Source: Scenedesmus sp. PABB004
Lineage: Eukaryota
NCBI GenBank assembly: GCA_014905635.1
Contig: CM026547.1
Coordinates: forward strand, 4,712,001-4,776,000
Direction: 5' to 3'
DNA length: 64,000 nucleotides
Shown here: piece by piece, positions 34,574 to 48,662 of the stretch
Layout of the letters: every line of letters starts with the position of its first letter
Numbering within the stretch: position 1 is the first letter of the stretch
Position numbers and translations under genes: made by a program
Notes under the pieces: generated by a model
Databases searched by the model: none
The model's input: only the letters and a program-made list of their open reading frames with translations
Told to the model about the DNA's origin: nothing

Positions 34574-35265
34574 ATGGCGGAGAGCGCGGCCGCGAGCAAC
34601 AGCGGCAGCGACGGCAGCGGCAGCGGCAGCGACCTTCGAGGCGCTGCCGCCTCGCCGCCGCGCGGCGCGCGCGGGCAGGGCCGCCGCCCGCGCGCCAAGC
34701 GCAACATACGGCGCACGGTGCCGCTGCGGGCGGGCCTGGGCTCGCCGGTGGGAGGCGGCGGGCGCGGCGGCGGCGACGCGGCGGTGCGCACGGTGCCGCT
34801 GCGGGCGGGCCTGGGCTCGCCGGTGGGAGGCGGCGGTGGGCGTGGGACCAACGACGCCGCCGTGTTGGCGGCGGCGCACGCGCTCTACGCGCGCCTACCC
34901 AAGCGCAGCAAGTGGGCGCGCCATAAACTCAAAGTGGTCACCAAGGCCATGGCGCTGCTGCGGCGCGGCAGGTGCGGACCAGCGCGCGCTCGGCGGCGGC
35001 GCGAGGGGCGGGCGCGCGCCGCGCCGCGGCTCCGCCCCGCGCGGCCGCCGGCCCACGCGCCGCCCCCCGCAGCGCGGCGCGGTCGCAGGACGAGGCGGAG
35101 GAGCTGCAGCAGCTGCTGCGCAGCCTCGACCTCGCGACGCCGCCGGCGCACGCGGCGCCGACGCCCGCGCCGAGCCCGGCGACCGTCCCGCGGCCGACGC
35201 GGCGCAGCGGCGGCGGCGGCGGCGGAGGGGGCGGGCCGACCTCACCGGCGGCGATGCAGCTGTGA
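34574..35265 (+). CDS. Small hypothetical basic protein with an internal in-frame duplication
   Basis: ATG in good context; RTVPLRAGLGSPVGGGG occurs twice; LYARLPKRSKWARHKLKVVTKAM; second exon DEAEELQQLLRSLDL. Confidence 0.45.
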
Positions 35266-35709
35266 GGGAGGGGGCGGGGTCTCTGGGTGCGCGGCGCGCT
35301 GTGCTGCTGGGCGCCGGGCGCCGCCTCGGGGCTGAGTTGCTGCGTGCCAGCCGCGCGGCACCGCGCGCCGTGACCGCGCGCGGCTTGACTGCTGGCCATT
35401 CAAACGTAACGCATGGCCTGCGTGGCGGCCCGCTCTCGGCGACGGGCGTGCGCACGCGCCTTCGCGCGTCGCGTGCTGGGCGGCGGGCGGCGGGGCACGC
35501 GGTTTTGGCTGCGCCGCCACGCAGTGCCCGTCGTGGCTGCACCGCCACGCAGTGCTCACCAGCTCAGCCAGCAGCTCAGCTCGCTAGCACCAATCAGAGA
35601 GCCGCCGCGCTCCCGCCGCGCCAGCAGCGACCGCTGCCGGCGCCGGCGCCGCCGCGTGCCACCGCCGGCCGGGAGGCCGAGACCGCGCTGAGCCGCAGCG
35701 GCGCTCGCC

Positions 35710-37887
35710 ATGAGCCGGCGGCCGGGCGGCAAGGATGGGGCCGGCGGCGGCGGCAGCGGCGGGTACGGGAGCTATCAGCAGAAGCGGCGCGCGGCGGCGC
35801 TGGAGCGCCAGAAGCACGCGCGCCAGGACAAGGTGGCGGAGCTTCGATCCCTGGCCGCCGCGGCGGGCGCGGAGGTGCGGCGGCGCCGCGCCGGCAGCGG
35901 CGCGCCGGGCAGCAGCGGCGCGGCGGGCTGGCAGCGACCGCCGGCTGCCCGCCCGCGCCCCCTTCCCCCGCAGGACGAGGCCATGGCTGAGGGCGCGCAG
36001 GAGCAGCAGCAGCAGGCGCAGCAGCAGCAGCAGCAGCAGGCGCCCGCCCGCGCCGGCGACCAGTCGCCGAGCGGGCGCGGCGGGCGCGGCGGCCACGCGC
36101 CGCGGCGGCGGCACGCGCACCACGCACACCAGCAGCATCACCACCAGCAGCACGCGCAGCTGCCGGCCGACACCGCACTGTACGGCACCGACGCGGTCGA
36201 CCTCACGCGGCTGTCGGGCGCGGGCGTCAAGGCCTACTTTGCGCGTCAGCTCATGCAGCCCGAGTGGCTCAGCGACGTGCCGCCCGACCTCGCGACCAGC
36301 TGGTGCGCGCCCCGCAGGGGCGCACGCGGGCGGCTGCACGCGCAGGGCGGCACGCGGGGCGCAGCGCGCGGCGCGCGCGCCGCCAACGCCGGCGACCGCG
36401 CCCGCGGCCGCGGCGGCCGCAGGCTGGTGATGCCGCGGCCCGAAGGCAGGCGCTGCCTGGTCATCAGCACAGGGTGCGCTGCCGCCGCCGCCAGCCCCGG
36501 CGGGCTGCCGCCCCCGCACGCGCGCGCCTGACACCCGCTCCCCGCCCGTGCCCGCGGCGGCTAGGGGTTGGACCTACGCACGGAGCCGCACGGGCGCGCT
36601 GCTGGCGCGCTTTGCGAGCCGCCTGCCCGGCGGCGGCCCCGGCGGCAGCCAGGGCGGCGGGCCGCCCGGCTACTGCGTGCTGGACTGCATCCTGCAGGAA
36701 GAAGACGGCGCCGGCGGCGCTGCGCAGCAGGCGCAGCAGCAGGCGCAGCAGCAGGTGCAGCAGCAGGTGCAGCAGCAGGCGCCGATGGATGCCGACGTGG
36801 GCGGCGCCGCGGGCGGCGGCGGCGCAGGCGGCGCCGCGGGCGACACCGGAAACGGCGGCGGCGGGCCGCCGCGTGGCGTGCTGTTCGTCCAGGACGTGCT
36901 CGCGTGGCGCGGGTACGGCCTGGTGGACTGCGGCGCCGAGTTCCGGCTCTTCTGGCTCGCCTCGAAGCTCGCGGAGGAGGGCGACCCGACGGGCCGCTGG
37001 GTGCTCGACGGCGGCGAGCCCGGGCCGGGGCACGAGGCCAGGCGCGGCGGCGCGCACGCCCGCGACGGCCAGTGGCGCGGCGCGGCGCGGCATGCGCGCG
37101 TGCCGACGCCCGGGCTCCCGCCCGCCGCGCGCGCAGGTTCCGGCTCCTCCCGCACTGGCGAGCCACGGCGGAGGGCCTGGCCGCCGCCGCGGCCGCGGGG
37201 CGCGGCGGCGCCGACGACGCCGCCGACGGCGGCGGCGCCGCGCTGCGCTTCGTGCAGGACGGGCTGCTGCTGCGGCACGCGGAGGGCCACTACGCGCAGG
37301 GCGGCGGCGTCACGCCGCTCGCACTGCTGTGGAAGGACGAGAGCTGCAGCCGCTACCTGCTGGTGCGTGCCCTGCGGCGTCGCGCCGCCGCCGGGCGGAA
37401 GCGCTGGCGCCGGGCCGGCGGCGGCGCCGAAGGCAGAGACGCGGGCCGACCGCGCGCCGCCGTGTGCGCGCAGGACACGGACGCCGCGGGCGTGGTGCCG
37501 GAGTTCCAGCAGGTTGTGCTGGCGTACCAGGGCCCGCCCGGCGCCGGCGTGGCGACCGCGGACGACCCGCCCGTCGTGCTGGGCAGGCTGCCGGCCGACT
37601 TTGCGGCGCGGATGGGCGCGAAGCAGCTGCTGCGCGCGGGGCGGCTGCTGCGCTTCAGCGTGCGGCACGGCGGCGTGTCGCTGCACCCCGACGGCAGCCC
37701 CGCGGGCGCCGACCTGAGCTACGAGGGGCCCGCCAACCAGCGGCGCGGGCGGGCCGACCTCATCAGCAAAATCCTCTTCCAGGCGCAGGCGCGGCTCGCG
37801 CCGCTGCGCCTCGCCGCGCTCGTGGCGGCCGCGGCGGAGCAGGCGGCGCGCGGCGCGGAGGAGGAGATGGGAGACGGCGGCGCCTGA
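35710..37887 (+). CDS. SNUPN: Snurportin-1 (m3G-cap snRNP import adaptor)
   Basis: IBB-like QQKRRAAALERQK, QLMQPEWL, RPEGRRCLV, CVLDCI, DVLAWRG, DCGAEFRLFWL, DGLLL, TPLALLWKD. Confidence 0.92.
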
Positions 37888-37957
37888 CTCGCGGGCCTCG
37901 GCGGCGTGCGGGGGGCAAGGCGGGCTCCGTGGGCGGCAACCCGCAACCGCCGCAGCC

Positions 37958-39957
37958 TCACGCCAGGCTCAGCTGCAGCAGCACGCCCGGCAGCGCCGCC
38001 GCCAGCGCCTGCTCCTGGCGTGCCCGCGCGCCGCGGCTGAGCCCCGCCCACAGCAGCAGCTCGAGGCGCGCCAGCCCGCGGCAGTGCTCCCGCACGGCCT
38101 GCAGCACCTCCTGTGCCTGCCCCGCACGCGCGCTCGTGCAGGCGAGCGAGAGGTCGCGCACGCCGCCGCGCCGCGGCCCGTCGCTCTCAGCAGCACTGGC
38201 GACCAAGCCTCGCAGCGCACCCGCGAGCGCCAGCAGCGGCTCCGGGCTGTCGCCGGCGTGCAGCCGCAGCCGAGCCAGGCGCCCGCCGCCGCCGGCGCGC
38301 AAGGCGCGCGCCAGGCCCAGGTCGGCCGCGCCCGCGCAGCGGCAGTGCTCCACAGCCAGCGCCTGCAACCGCGGACACGGCGACGCATCGCCCAGGACGG
38401 TGTCCAGGCTCTTGGGTTCGAGGCTGACGCCGACCAGCTCCAGCGACGTGAGGTGCGCACAGCCGGCGAGGCAGGGCAGCCCGCAGGCGGCCATGTCGTT
38501 GACCCTCCAAGGCCAGTGCATGCGCAGGGTTTCAAGCATCGCCGCGCACGCCAGCGGCGCGTCCAAGGCGTCCAGGGGCACGTTGGTCAGGCTGAGCCGC
38601 GTGAGGCGCGCCGGGAGGCGCGACACGGGCAGCGTGCCGGCGTCCGGGTCGTCCCAGTGGCCCGGTGGCAGCCGCGGCGGGCCGATCGCGAGCGCGCGCA
38701 GGTGCTGCCAGGCGCTGAACAGCTCCCAGCCGCCCGCCTCGGGGCCCAGCGCGACGTGGCCTTCAAACGCAAAGCACGACACGTGCGGCCAGGCGCCGAC
38801 CATGGCCCGCAGTGCGCCGGGGCCCAGCCCGCAGCGCGCCTCCGGCGCGCTGCGCGGCCAGGTCAGGTGCACCGAGCGCAGGCCCGACAGCGGCGCCAGC
38901 GCCGCGGACCACGCGAGCCCGCGCGGCGCCGGCAGCTGCAGCTCGGTCAGCGCGGTCAGCGCCGCGAGCGCCGCCGCGAGCGCCGCGCCGCCAGGCAACT
39001 CGGCGCCTTGGACCGCGCCCAGGTGCAGCGACGCGAGGCCGCCGCCGCCGGCTCGCAGCACGGCGGCGAGCGCCGCGGCGCTGCTCTGCTGCGCCTCTCG
39101 GGGCGCCTGCGCCGCGGTCAGGCCGCGCTGCGCGCGCTGCGCGGGGGCGTCGGCCCACGCGGCGTGCGGGAGCTCGAGCACGCGCAGCCGGCCCGCTTGG
39201 AGCAGTTCGCCCAGCAGCTGCGCGTGCGGCGGGCGCAGCACCAGGGGCACGCCGACGCGCAGCTCCTCCAGCGCCGTCAGGCGGCGCAGCGGCGCCAGAT
39301 GCGCGGCCGCGGGCAGCTCGAGGGGCGTCGGCGCGCCCCCACCCGCGCCCGCACGCGCCGGCAGCAGCCGCAGGCGGCGCAGCTGCGCCGGCGCGCGCGC
39401 CAGCAGCGCCAGCGCGCCGTCGGCGGCGGCCGGCCACGCCGCGCGCAGCGTCAGCGACAACAGGCGCGTGAGCTGCGGCAGCACGTGCTGCGCCCACAGC
39501 TCCTGCGCGCCCGCCGCTGCTGCAGTGTCGAGCTCGAGCGAGGTCAGCCGCGCCAGGCGGCCGGCCAGCGCCTGCGCCGGCGCCGCGCCGGCGCCGCACG
39601 CGCACACGGGCGGCGGCTGCGGCGATGACGCCGCGACCACCGCCAGGTCGGCCAGCTGCGGGAGCGCGGCGAGGCGCGTCGCCAGGCACCGCAGCGCGCC
39701 GCACGCCGCGCAGCCGCCGCCGACGGCACCGGCAGGCGCCAGCGGCGCGCCACAGAACACCGTGGCGCGCTGCGCGGCCGCAAGCGCGGGGCCGGGGGGC
39801 CATCGCCGTCGCTCGGCAGCAGCGCGACGCGGCACGGCAGGGCGGCGCGCCAGCCCCGGCACGCGCGCCGCGCGGCTGAGGCGGCGGCGGGCTCGTCCAG
39901 GTGGAGGTTGATCAGGGCCAGCGCCGGCGCGGGGAGGCCGCCCGCCCAGTCCGCCAT
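37958..39957 (-). CDS. Intronless F-box/LRR-like protein; 1-nt frameshift near 39795
   Basis: WAGGLPAPALALI...ARRACRGWRAA (F-box-like), then many LxxLxxLxL repeats in the adjacent frame. Confidence 0.65.
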
Positions 39958-40040
39958 CGCCCGGGTCGCGCCGCGAGCGGCGGCGGCGGGCGAGGCTGCG
40001 GCGACCGAGTGCGGCACGGTGGCGGCGGTGGGTTGGGTGA

Positions 40041-42386
<2,346 letters not shown>

Positions 42387-42906
42387 CGCGGCCGCACGCC
42401 CGGCGGGGCGCGGCAGGGGGGGGGGACCGGGGCGGGGAGCGAGTGGGGAGGAGGGCGGCGCGCGCGCGCGCGGCGCGCCGCGCCCGCTGCCGTGCTCCGA
42501 GGCACGGCGAGCACGGGTGTCCGCTGGTGGTGATCAGGCCGCGCGCGGCCCATCTGGCCGCCGAGAGAGGTGTGCAACGTCGCCGCTGGCCGCCGCCACC
42601 GCCGCCCGCCGCGCGCCGCCCGCCCGACTGCAGCGGTTGCGGCCAAAACCTCCGCCGCCGCGGCCGCACCGCCGCGCCGGCGGCCGGCCCGCCGCGCTCC
42701 CCGGGACGCCCGCACACGGCTGGAACGTCCCCGCCTGCGAGCAGGGCCCCTCGGCTGCGCCAGCGACCGGGAGGGGCGCACAACCGCCAGAGCCTGCTGC
42801 CCCCACTCCATGCCCGCGGGCGGCGCCTGAGGGGGGCAGCGGCCCTCTGATCCCTCGCCTCTAGCACGCGCGCGGCCGGCGCGGCAGCCCTGCAGGGCCG
42901 GGCGTC

Positions 42907-45900
42907 ATGGCGAACGCCACTGAGCGGAGCTGCACGATGCTCATTTACAACGATAAGCAGGCCAGCGCCAGCGAAATCAAGGAGGCCCTGGAGACGGGCG
43001 ACACGGAGGCCAAAATCATGGCCATGCAGAAGGCCGTGACGCTGCTGCTGGCGGGCGAGCAGTTGCCGCAGCTGTTCATCACCATCGTCCGCTACGTCCT
43101 CCCCTCCGAGGACCACACCGTGCAGAAGCTGCTGCTCCTCTACCTGGTGCGTCACCAGAGCGGCGGCGCGGCGGGCCGCGGCGCGCGATCGGGGCAGCGC
43201 TCGCCGCGAGGCGCGCGCGCGGCCGCCGCCGCTGCTGCTGCCGCCGGCGCGGCCGCCCGCCCGAACGCCGCCCCCGCGCGCCGCGCGCCCCGCAGGAGGC
43301 CATCGAGAAGACGGACCCCAGCGGCAAAGTGCTGCCGGAGATGGTGCGCCGCGCTGCGCGATCTGGCCGCCGGCGCGGAGCCGCGTCGAGCTGCGCGGCC
43401 CGCGCTGGCGGCGGCGGCGCGCTGCTGCGCCGGCAGCCGCGACCGCGTATGCGGCGGCCGGCGTTGGCGGTCAGCAGCAGCAGCCGGCGGCCGGCAGCCG
43501 TCGGCGGCGGCCGGCGGCGCCCCTGCGGCGCGCCCACGCCGCCCGCGCCGCGCCGCACGGCCGCGCGGCCCGCAGATCCTCATCTGCCAGAACCTGCGCA
43601 ACAACCTGCAGCACCCCAACGAGTACATCCGGGGCGTCACGCTGCGCTTCCTCGCGCGCATCCGGGAGGAGGAGATCCTGGAGCCCCTCGTGCCCAGCAT
43701 CCTCGCAAACCTGGAGCACAGGCGCGCACGCGGCAGCAGCGCCGGCGCCGGCGGCCGGCGGGGCGCGCGGCGTGCCACGCCAGCAGCGCGCGCGGCGCCC
43801 GCTCACACGACGCCCCCCCGGCCCGCGCGCCGCCGCGCAGGCACAGCTACGTGCGCCGCAACGCCGTGCTCGCGATCCACGCGCTGTGCAAGCTGCCCAA
43901 GGGCGACCTGCTCGTCCCCGACGCCGACGAGCTCGTCGAGCGCTTCCTGGCGAGCGAGCAGGACGTGTCGGCCAAGCGCAACGCGCTCATCATGCTCACA
44001 GCGCACGCGCAGGCGCGCCGCGCCCGCGCCCGCGCCCGTGCCCCGCCCGCGCCCGCGCCCGCGCCCCGCCCGCGCCCGCGCCTGCGCGCCGCCCCCCACG
44101 CCCGCCGTCCTCACGCCTGCCGCCCCTCCGCGCCGCCGCGTGCCCCCCTCATCCTGCAGGAGCGCGCGGTGAAGTACCTGTTTGACCACCTCGACCAGCT
44201 GCCCGTGTGGGGTGACATCCTGCAGATGGCGGTGCTGGAGCTCATCCGCAAGGCGCGGCAGCGGCGCGGCAGCGGCGCGGCAGCGGCGCGGCAGCGGCGC
44301 CTGCGCCCTCGCCCGCGCCCTGCGCCGGCGCCGCTGGCTGGCTCAACCTCACCCCCGCCTCACCTCGCACGCGCCCGCGCCCGCGCCGCCGCCCACGTGG
44401 CCTCGCGCCGTGTCAGGTGTGCGTGGGCGCGCCGGAGAGCAAGGGGCGGTACATCAAGATCATCCTCGCGCTGCTGCAGTCGCCGAGCGCGGCGGTCACG
44501 TACGAGTGCGCCGTCACGCTCACGTCGCTGAGCCAGGCGCCGACCGCGGTGCGCGCGGCGGCCAACTGCTACTGCCAGCTGCTGGTGGCGCAGAGCGACA
44601 ACAACGTCAAGCTCATCGTCCTCGACCGCCTCACCGAGCTCAAGGACAGGCACCGCGACGTCATGCAGGCGCGGCACGCAGCGCTGTGTGCGCCGCGCTG
44701 TGCCGCGCGCTGTGCCACGCGCTGTGCCGCGCGCTGTGCCGCGCGCTGTGCCGCGCGCTGTGCCGCGCGCTGTGCCGCGCTGTGCCACCGCCGGGAACCT
44801 GGGCGGTCGGGCGCCGCGCGCAGTGCAGCCTGCAGTGCAGGCGGGCGGCCCGCTGAGCGCGGCCCCGCCGCCGCACCGTCCGCGCGCGCGCCCGGGGGCG
44901 TGGGGCGCGCAGGAGCAGCTGCTCGACGTGCTGCGCGCGCTGTCGAGCCCCAACCTCGACATCCGGCGCAAGACGCTCGACATCGCGCTCGACCTGCTCA
45001 CCAGCCGCAACATCGACGAGGCGCGCGCGCGCCCCGCCGCGCCGCGCCGCCGCCGCCGCCTCCCCTCCCCGCGGCGCCCCTCTGCCCTCTCCCCGCCGCG
45101 CCCTGCACGCCCGCCCACCCAACCCCACACACACACACGCACACACAAACACGCGCGCACAGGTGGTGATGGTGCTGAAGAAGGAGGTGCTCAAGACGCA
45201 GGGCGCCGACGGCGAGCGGGGGCCCGAGTACCGCCAGATGCTGGTCGGCGCGATCCACGCGTGCGCGGGCAAGTTCCCCGAGGTCGCGGGCAGCGTGGTC
45301 CAGCTGCTCATGGACTTCCTCGGCGACGCGCTGGTGCGCGGGTGTGACGCCGGGCGGCGCGCGCGGGCTGCAGGGGGCCTGCCTGCGCGGGGCGCGCGGC
45401 GGCGGCGCGCGCGTGCTGTGACCGGGGCAGTGGAGGGCAGGCCAGGGCGCACGAGGGGGTGCCGCCCTGGCGCGCGGCTGCGTGCGCGGCGGCCGCCGCT
45501 GACGCCGCCGGCGCTGCCGCCGCCGCCGCTGCCGCCGCCGCCGCTGCCGCCGCCGCTGCGGCATGCGTCCAGGTGTCGAGCGCGCTGGACGTGGTGTTCT
45601 TTGTGCGCGAAATCTGCGAGACCCACCCCGCGCTGCGGCCGTCCATCCTGGAGCGCCTGCGGGACACATTCCCGACCATCACCGCCAGCCGAGTGGTGCG
45701 CGGGCGGGGCGCACAGCGCGGCCGGCCCCCTGGTGCCGTCCCTCCCCCTCGCGCCGCCGCCGCCCCGCCTGCCGCCGGCAGCCCACGCCCTCGCCCCCGC
45801 CGCGCCGCCGCCGCGCCGCCGCTGTCGCTGCGCTGTTGCTGCGCAGCTGTCGTGCGCGCTGTGGGTGCTGGGCGAGTACAGCAGCACGCGGGACGAGGTG

Positions 45901-48458
45901 GTGGCGGCGCTGGAGGTGCTGCACGCGGGGCTCGGCCCGCTGCCGCTGCTCGCCGCCGAGGACGACGACGGCGACGACGCGGCGGCCGCCAAGGACGCCG
46001 GCGCCGGCGCCGCGGCGGGGCCGGCCGCGTTTGTGGGCAGCAAGCGCCCCGCGGTGCTCGCGGACGGCACGTACGCGACACAGGCGGCGGTCGTGGAGGC
46101 GCCGCTGCTGTCGTCGGGGCCGACGCTGCCCAACCTGCGCGCGCTGCTGCTCGCTGGCGACTTCTTCCTCGGCGGTGAGGCGCAGCGGGGCGGGGGCAGC
46201 AGCGGGGCGGGAGCAGCAGCAGCAGGGCGCGGCGCTGGGGCAGGAGCAGCAGCAGGGCGCGGCGGCGGCGCCGCAGCAGCCGCCGCCGCAGCAGCGCCAC
46301 GCGCCGCGCTGGGCACGCGCCGCCACGGCGGGGGCTGAGGCGGCGCCCCGCCGCCGCCCGCCGCCCGCGCGCCCCGGCCGCCCCGCGCCAGGCGTCGTCG
46401 CGGCGACGCTGACCAAGCTCGTGCTGCGCCTCTCGGCGCTTGGCGTGCCGCGGCCGGGCGTCAACCGCGCGTGCGCGTCGGCCATGCTGGCCGTCGTCGC
46501 GATGCTGCGCCTGGGCGAGAGCCCCGCGCTGCCGGCGCCGCTCGACGACGACTCGCGCGACCGCATGGCCGCGTGCGTCGCCGTGCTGGCCAACCCCGAG
46601 CCCGAGATGGTCAAGGTGCGCCGCCGCCGCGGCGGGGCGGGGCGGGGCGGCGGCGGCGGCGGCGGCCCGACGGGGCCGCGCGGCCGGCGCTGCGCGGACC
46701 CGAGCTGACCCGGCCCCGCGCGCGCCCCCCGCGCGCCAGGTGTGGCTGGACGACTGCCGCAACGCGTTCGCCACGCTCACGGCGGACAAGCAGACGCGCG
46801 AGGCGGCGGCCGCGGCGGCGGAGAGCGCCAAGGCCGCGGCGCAGCCGGACGACCTCATCGACTTTGGGCACCTGCGCAGCCGCAAGGGCGGGCTGAGCCA
46901 GCTGGAGCTGGAGGACCAGGTGGGGTTGGCTGGCTGATGAGGGGGTGATGAGGGGCGTGCGGTGGCAGCGCGGGAGGCGCCCCGCGCGACAACGCGCTCA
47001 CACACACGCGCCTGCGCGCGGCGCGCGCGCGCAGGTGACGTCGGACCTCGCGCGCGCGACGGGCCTGGCCGAGGCGGCGGGCGGCGGCGCGGGGCGGCTG
47101 AACCGCGTGCTGCAGCTCACCGGGTTCAGCGACCCCGTGTACGCGGAGGCCGCGGTGACGGTGCACCAGTATGACATCGTCATGGACGTCACGCTCCTCA
47201 ACCGCACGCGCGACACGCTCCAGGCGCGCGCGGGGGTCCGGAGGGGTCGCAGGGGTGGTGTGAAGGGTTCAGAGGAGGGCGGGGCGTGGGGCAGAAGCGG
47301 GGGCGCGGGGCGCGCCCGACCGCCGCCCCCCGCCCGCGTGGCGCGTGGTGCTGTGTGCTGTGCCGCGCGCAGAACCTGACGCTCGAGCTCGCGACCATGG
47401 GCGACCTGAAGCTCGTGGAGCGGCTGCAGCAGTACACGCTCGCGCCGGGGGCGTCCAAGGTCATACGCGCCAACATCAAGGCACGCCCGCCTGGGGCGCC
47501 CGCCGCTGCCCCGCCCCGCCCCGTGCGGCCGCGCGCCGCCGCACCCTCCCCCCTTGCACCCTCCCTCTCTCCAACCTCCCTCTCACCTCTCCCCGACCCG
47601 CTCAACCGCTGAACCGCCCCCTGAACCGCCCCCTGAACCTCTGCCCCCCAGGTGTCGTCCACCGAGACGGGCGTCATCTTTGGAAACATCGTGTACGAGG
47701 GCCCCGGCGCGGCGGAGCGCGGCGTCGTGGTGCGCCCCGCGCGCCACTGCGCCGCCGACCGCCCCTCGTCATCCCTCACCCCACCTCACACCTCACCTCA
47801 CCTCACGCCTCACAACACACCCCACCTCACACCTCACCTCACACCTCACCTCACCTCACGCCTCACCTCACACACCCACAACCACACCCCCCCCCATCAC
47901 CCCCTGGCCAGGTCCTGGGCGACATCCACATCGACATCATGGACTACATCGCCCCCGCGAGCGTGCCCGACGTGACGTTCAGGAACATGTGGGCAGAGTT
48001 CGAGTGGGAGAACAAGGCACGACGCCACCCGCGCACCGCACCGGGGGCGCGGCGGGGCGGAGCGGGGGCGGGGCGGGACCGGGGGAGGCCTGCGCGGAGG
48101 GCGGCGGCCCGCTCGCCGCTCACCGCTGCTCGCCGCTCGCCTCGCGCTGCGCTGCACGCGTGCTGCGCCGCAGGTCGCTATCAACACGGCCATCACCGAC
48201 GTCGACGCGTTCCTGTCGCACGTGGTGACGTCGACCAACATGCGCTGCCTCACGCCGCCGCGCGCGCTCGAGGGCGGCGCGGGGTACCTGGCGGCCAACC
48301 TCTACGCGCGCAGCGTGTTTGGCGAGGACGCGCTCGTCAACGTGAGCGTCGAGGACACCGGCGGCGGCCGCCTCGCGGGCTACATCCGCATACGCAGCAA
48401 GACCCAGGGCATCGCGCTCTCCCTCGGCGACAAGATCACGCTCAAGCAGAAGGGGTGA
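42907..48458 (+). CDS. COPB1: Coatomer subunit beta (beta-COP), 16 introns
   Basis: [84 protein letters not shown]. Confidence 0.97.
44684..44790. repeat. 12-bp intronic tandem repeat GCGCGCTGTGCC, about 8 copies
   Basis: Visible in the beta-COP GC-AG intron starting at 44669. Confidence 0.9.
47774..47875. repeat. CACCT/CACACCT low-complexity intronic repeat
   Basis: cctcacacctcacct iterations in a beta-COP intron. Confidence 0.85.
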
Positions 48459-48662
48459 CGACGCGCGGCAGGGAGCCGCACGGGCTGCACGGGCTGAGGC
48501 TGCAGCCGCAGCGCGCCGGCGCGGAGCGGCCGAGGCGCGGCAACCGACCGGGAGCGACGCTGACCGCGCCAAACTCTGCTGCGGCCGGGCCGTCGCACGG
48601 GCGGCGGGCGCCGCAGCCCTTCGAGAGCGGGGTTCAGGGTCCAGGGTTCAAACGGGCAGCCC

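Noticed and set aside
36264..39911. 1215-aa plus-strand ORF and the many other long R/A/P/G-rich ORFs
   Set aside because: Stop codons are scarce at this GC content; these ORFs are antisense or off-frame shadows of real exons and introns
48629..48650. Telomere-like GGGTTCAGGGTCCAGGGTTCA
   Set aside because: Only about three degenerate units in a 3' intergenic gap, too short to call
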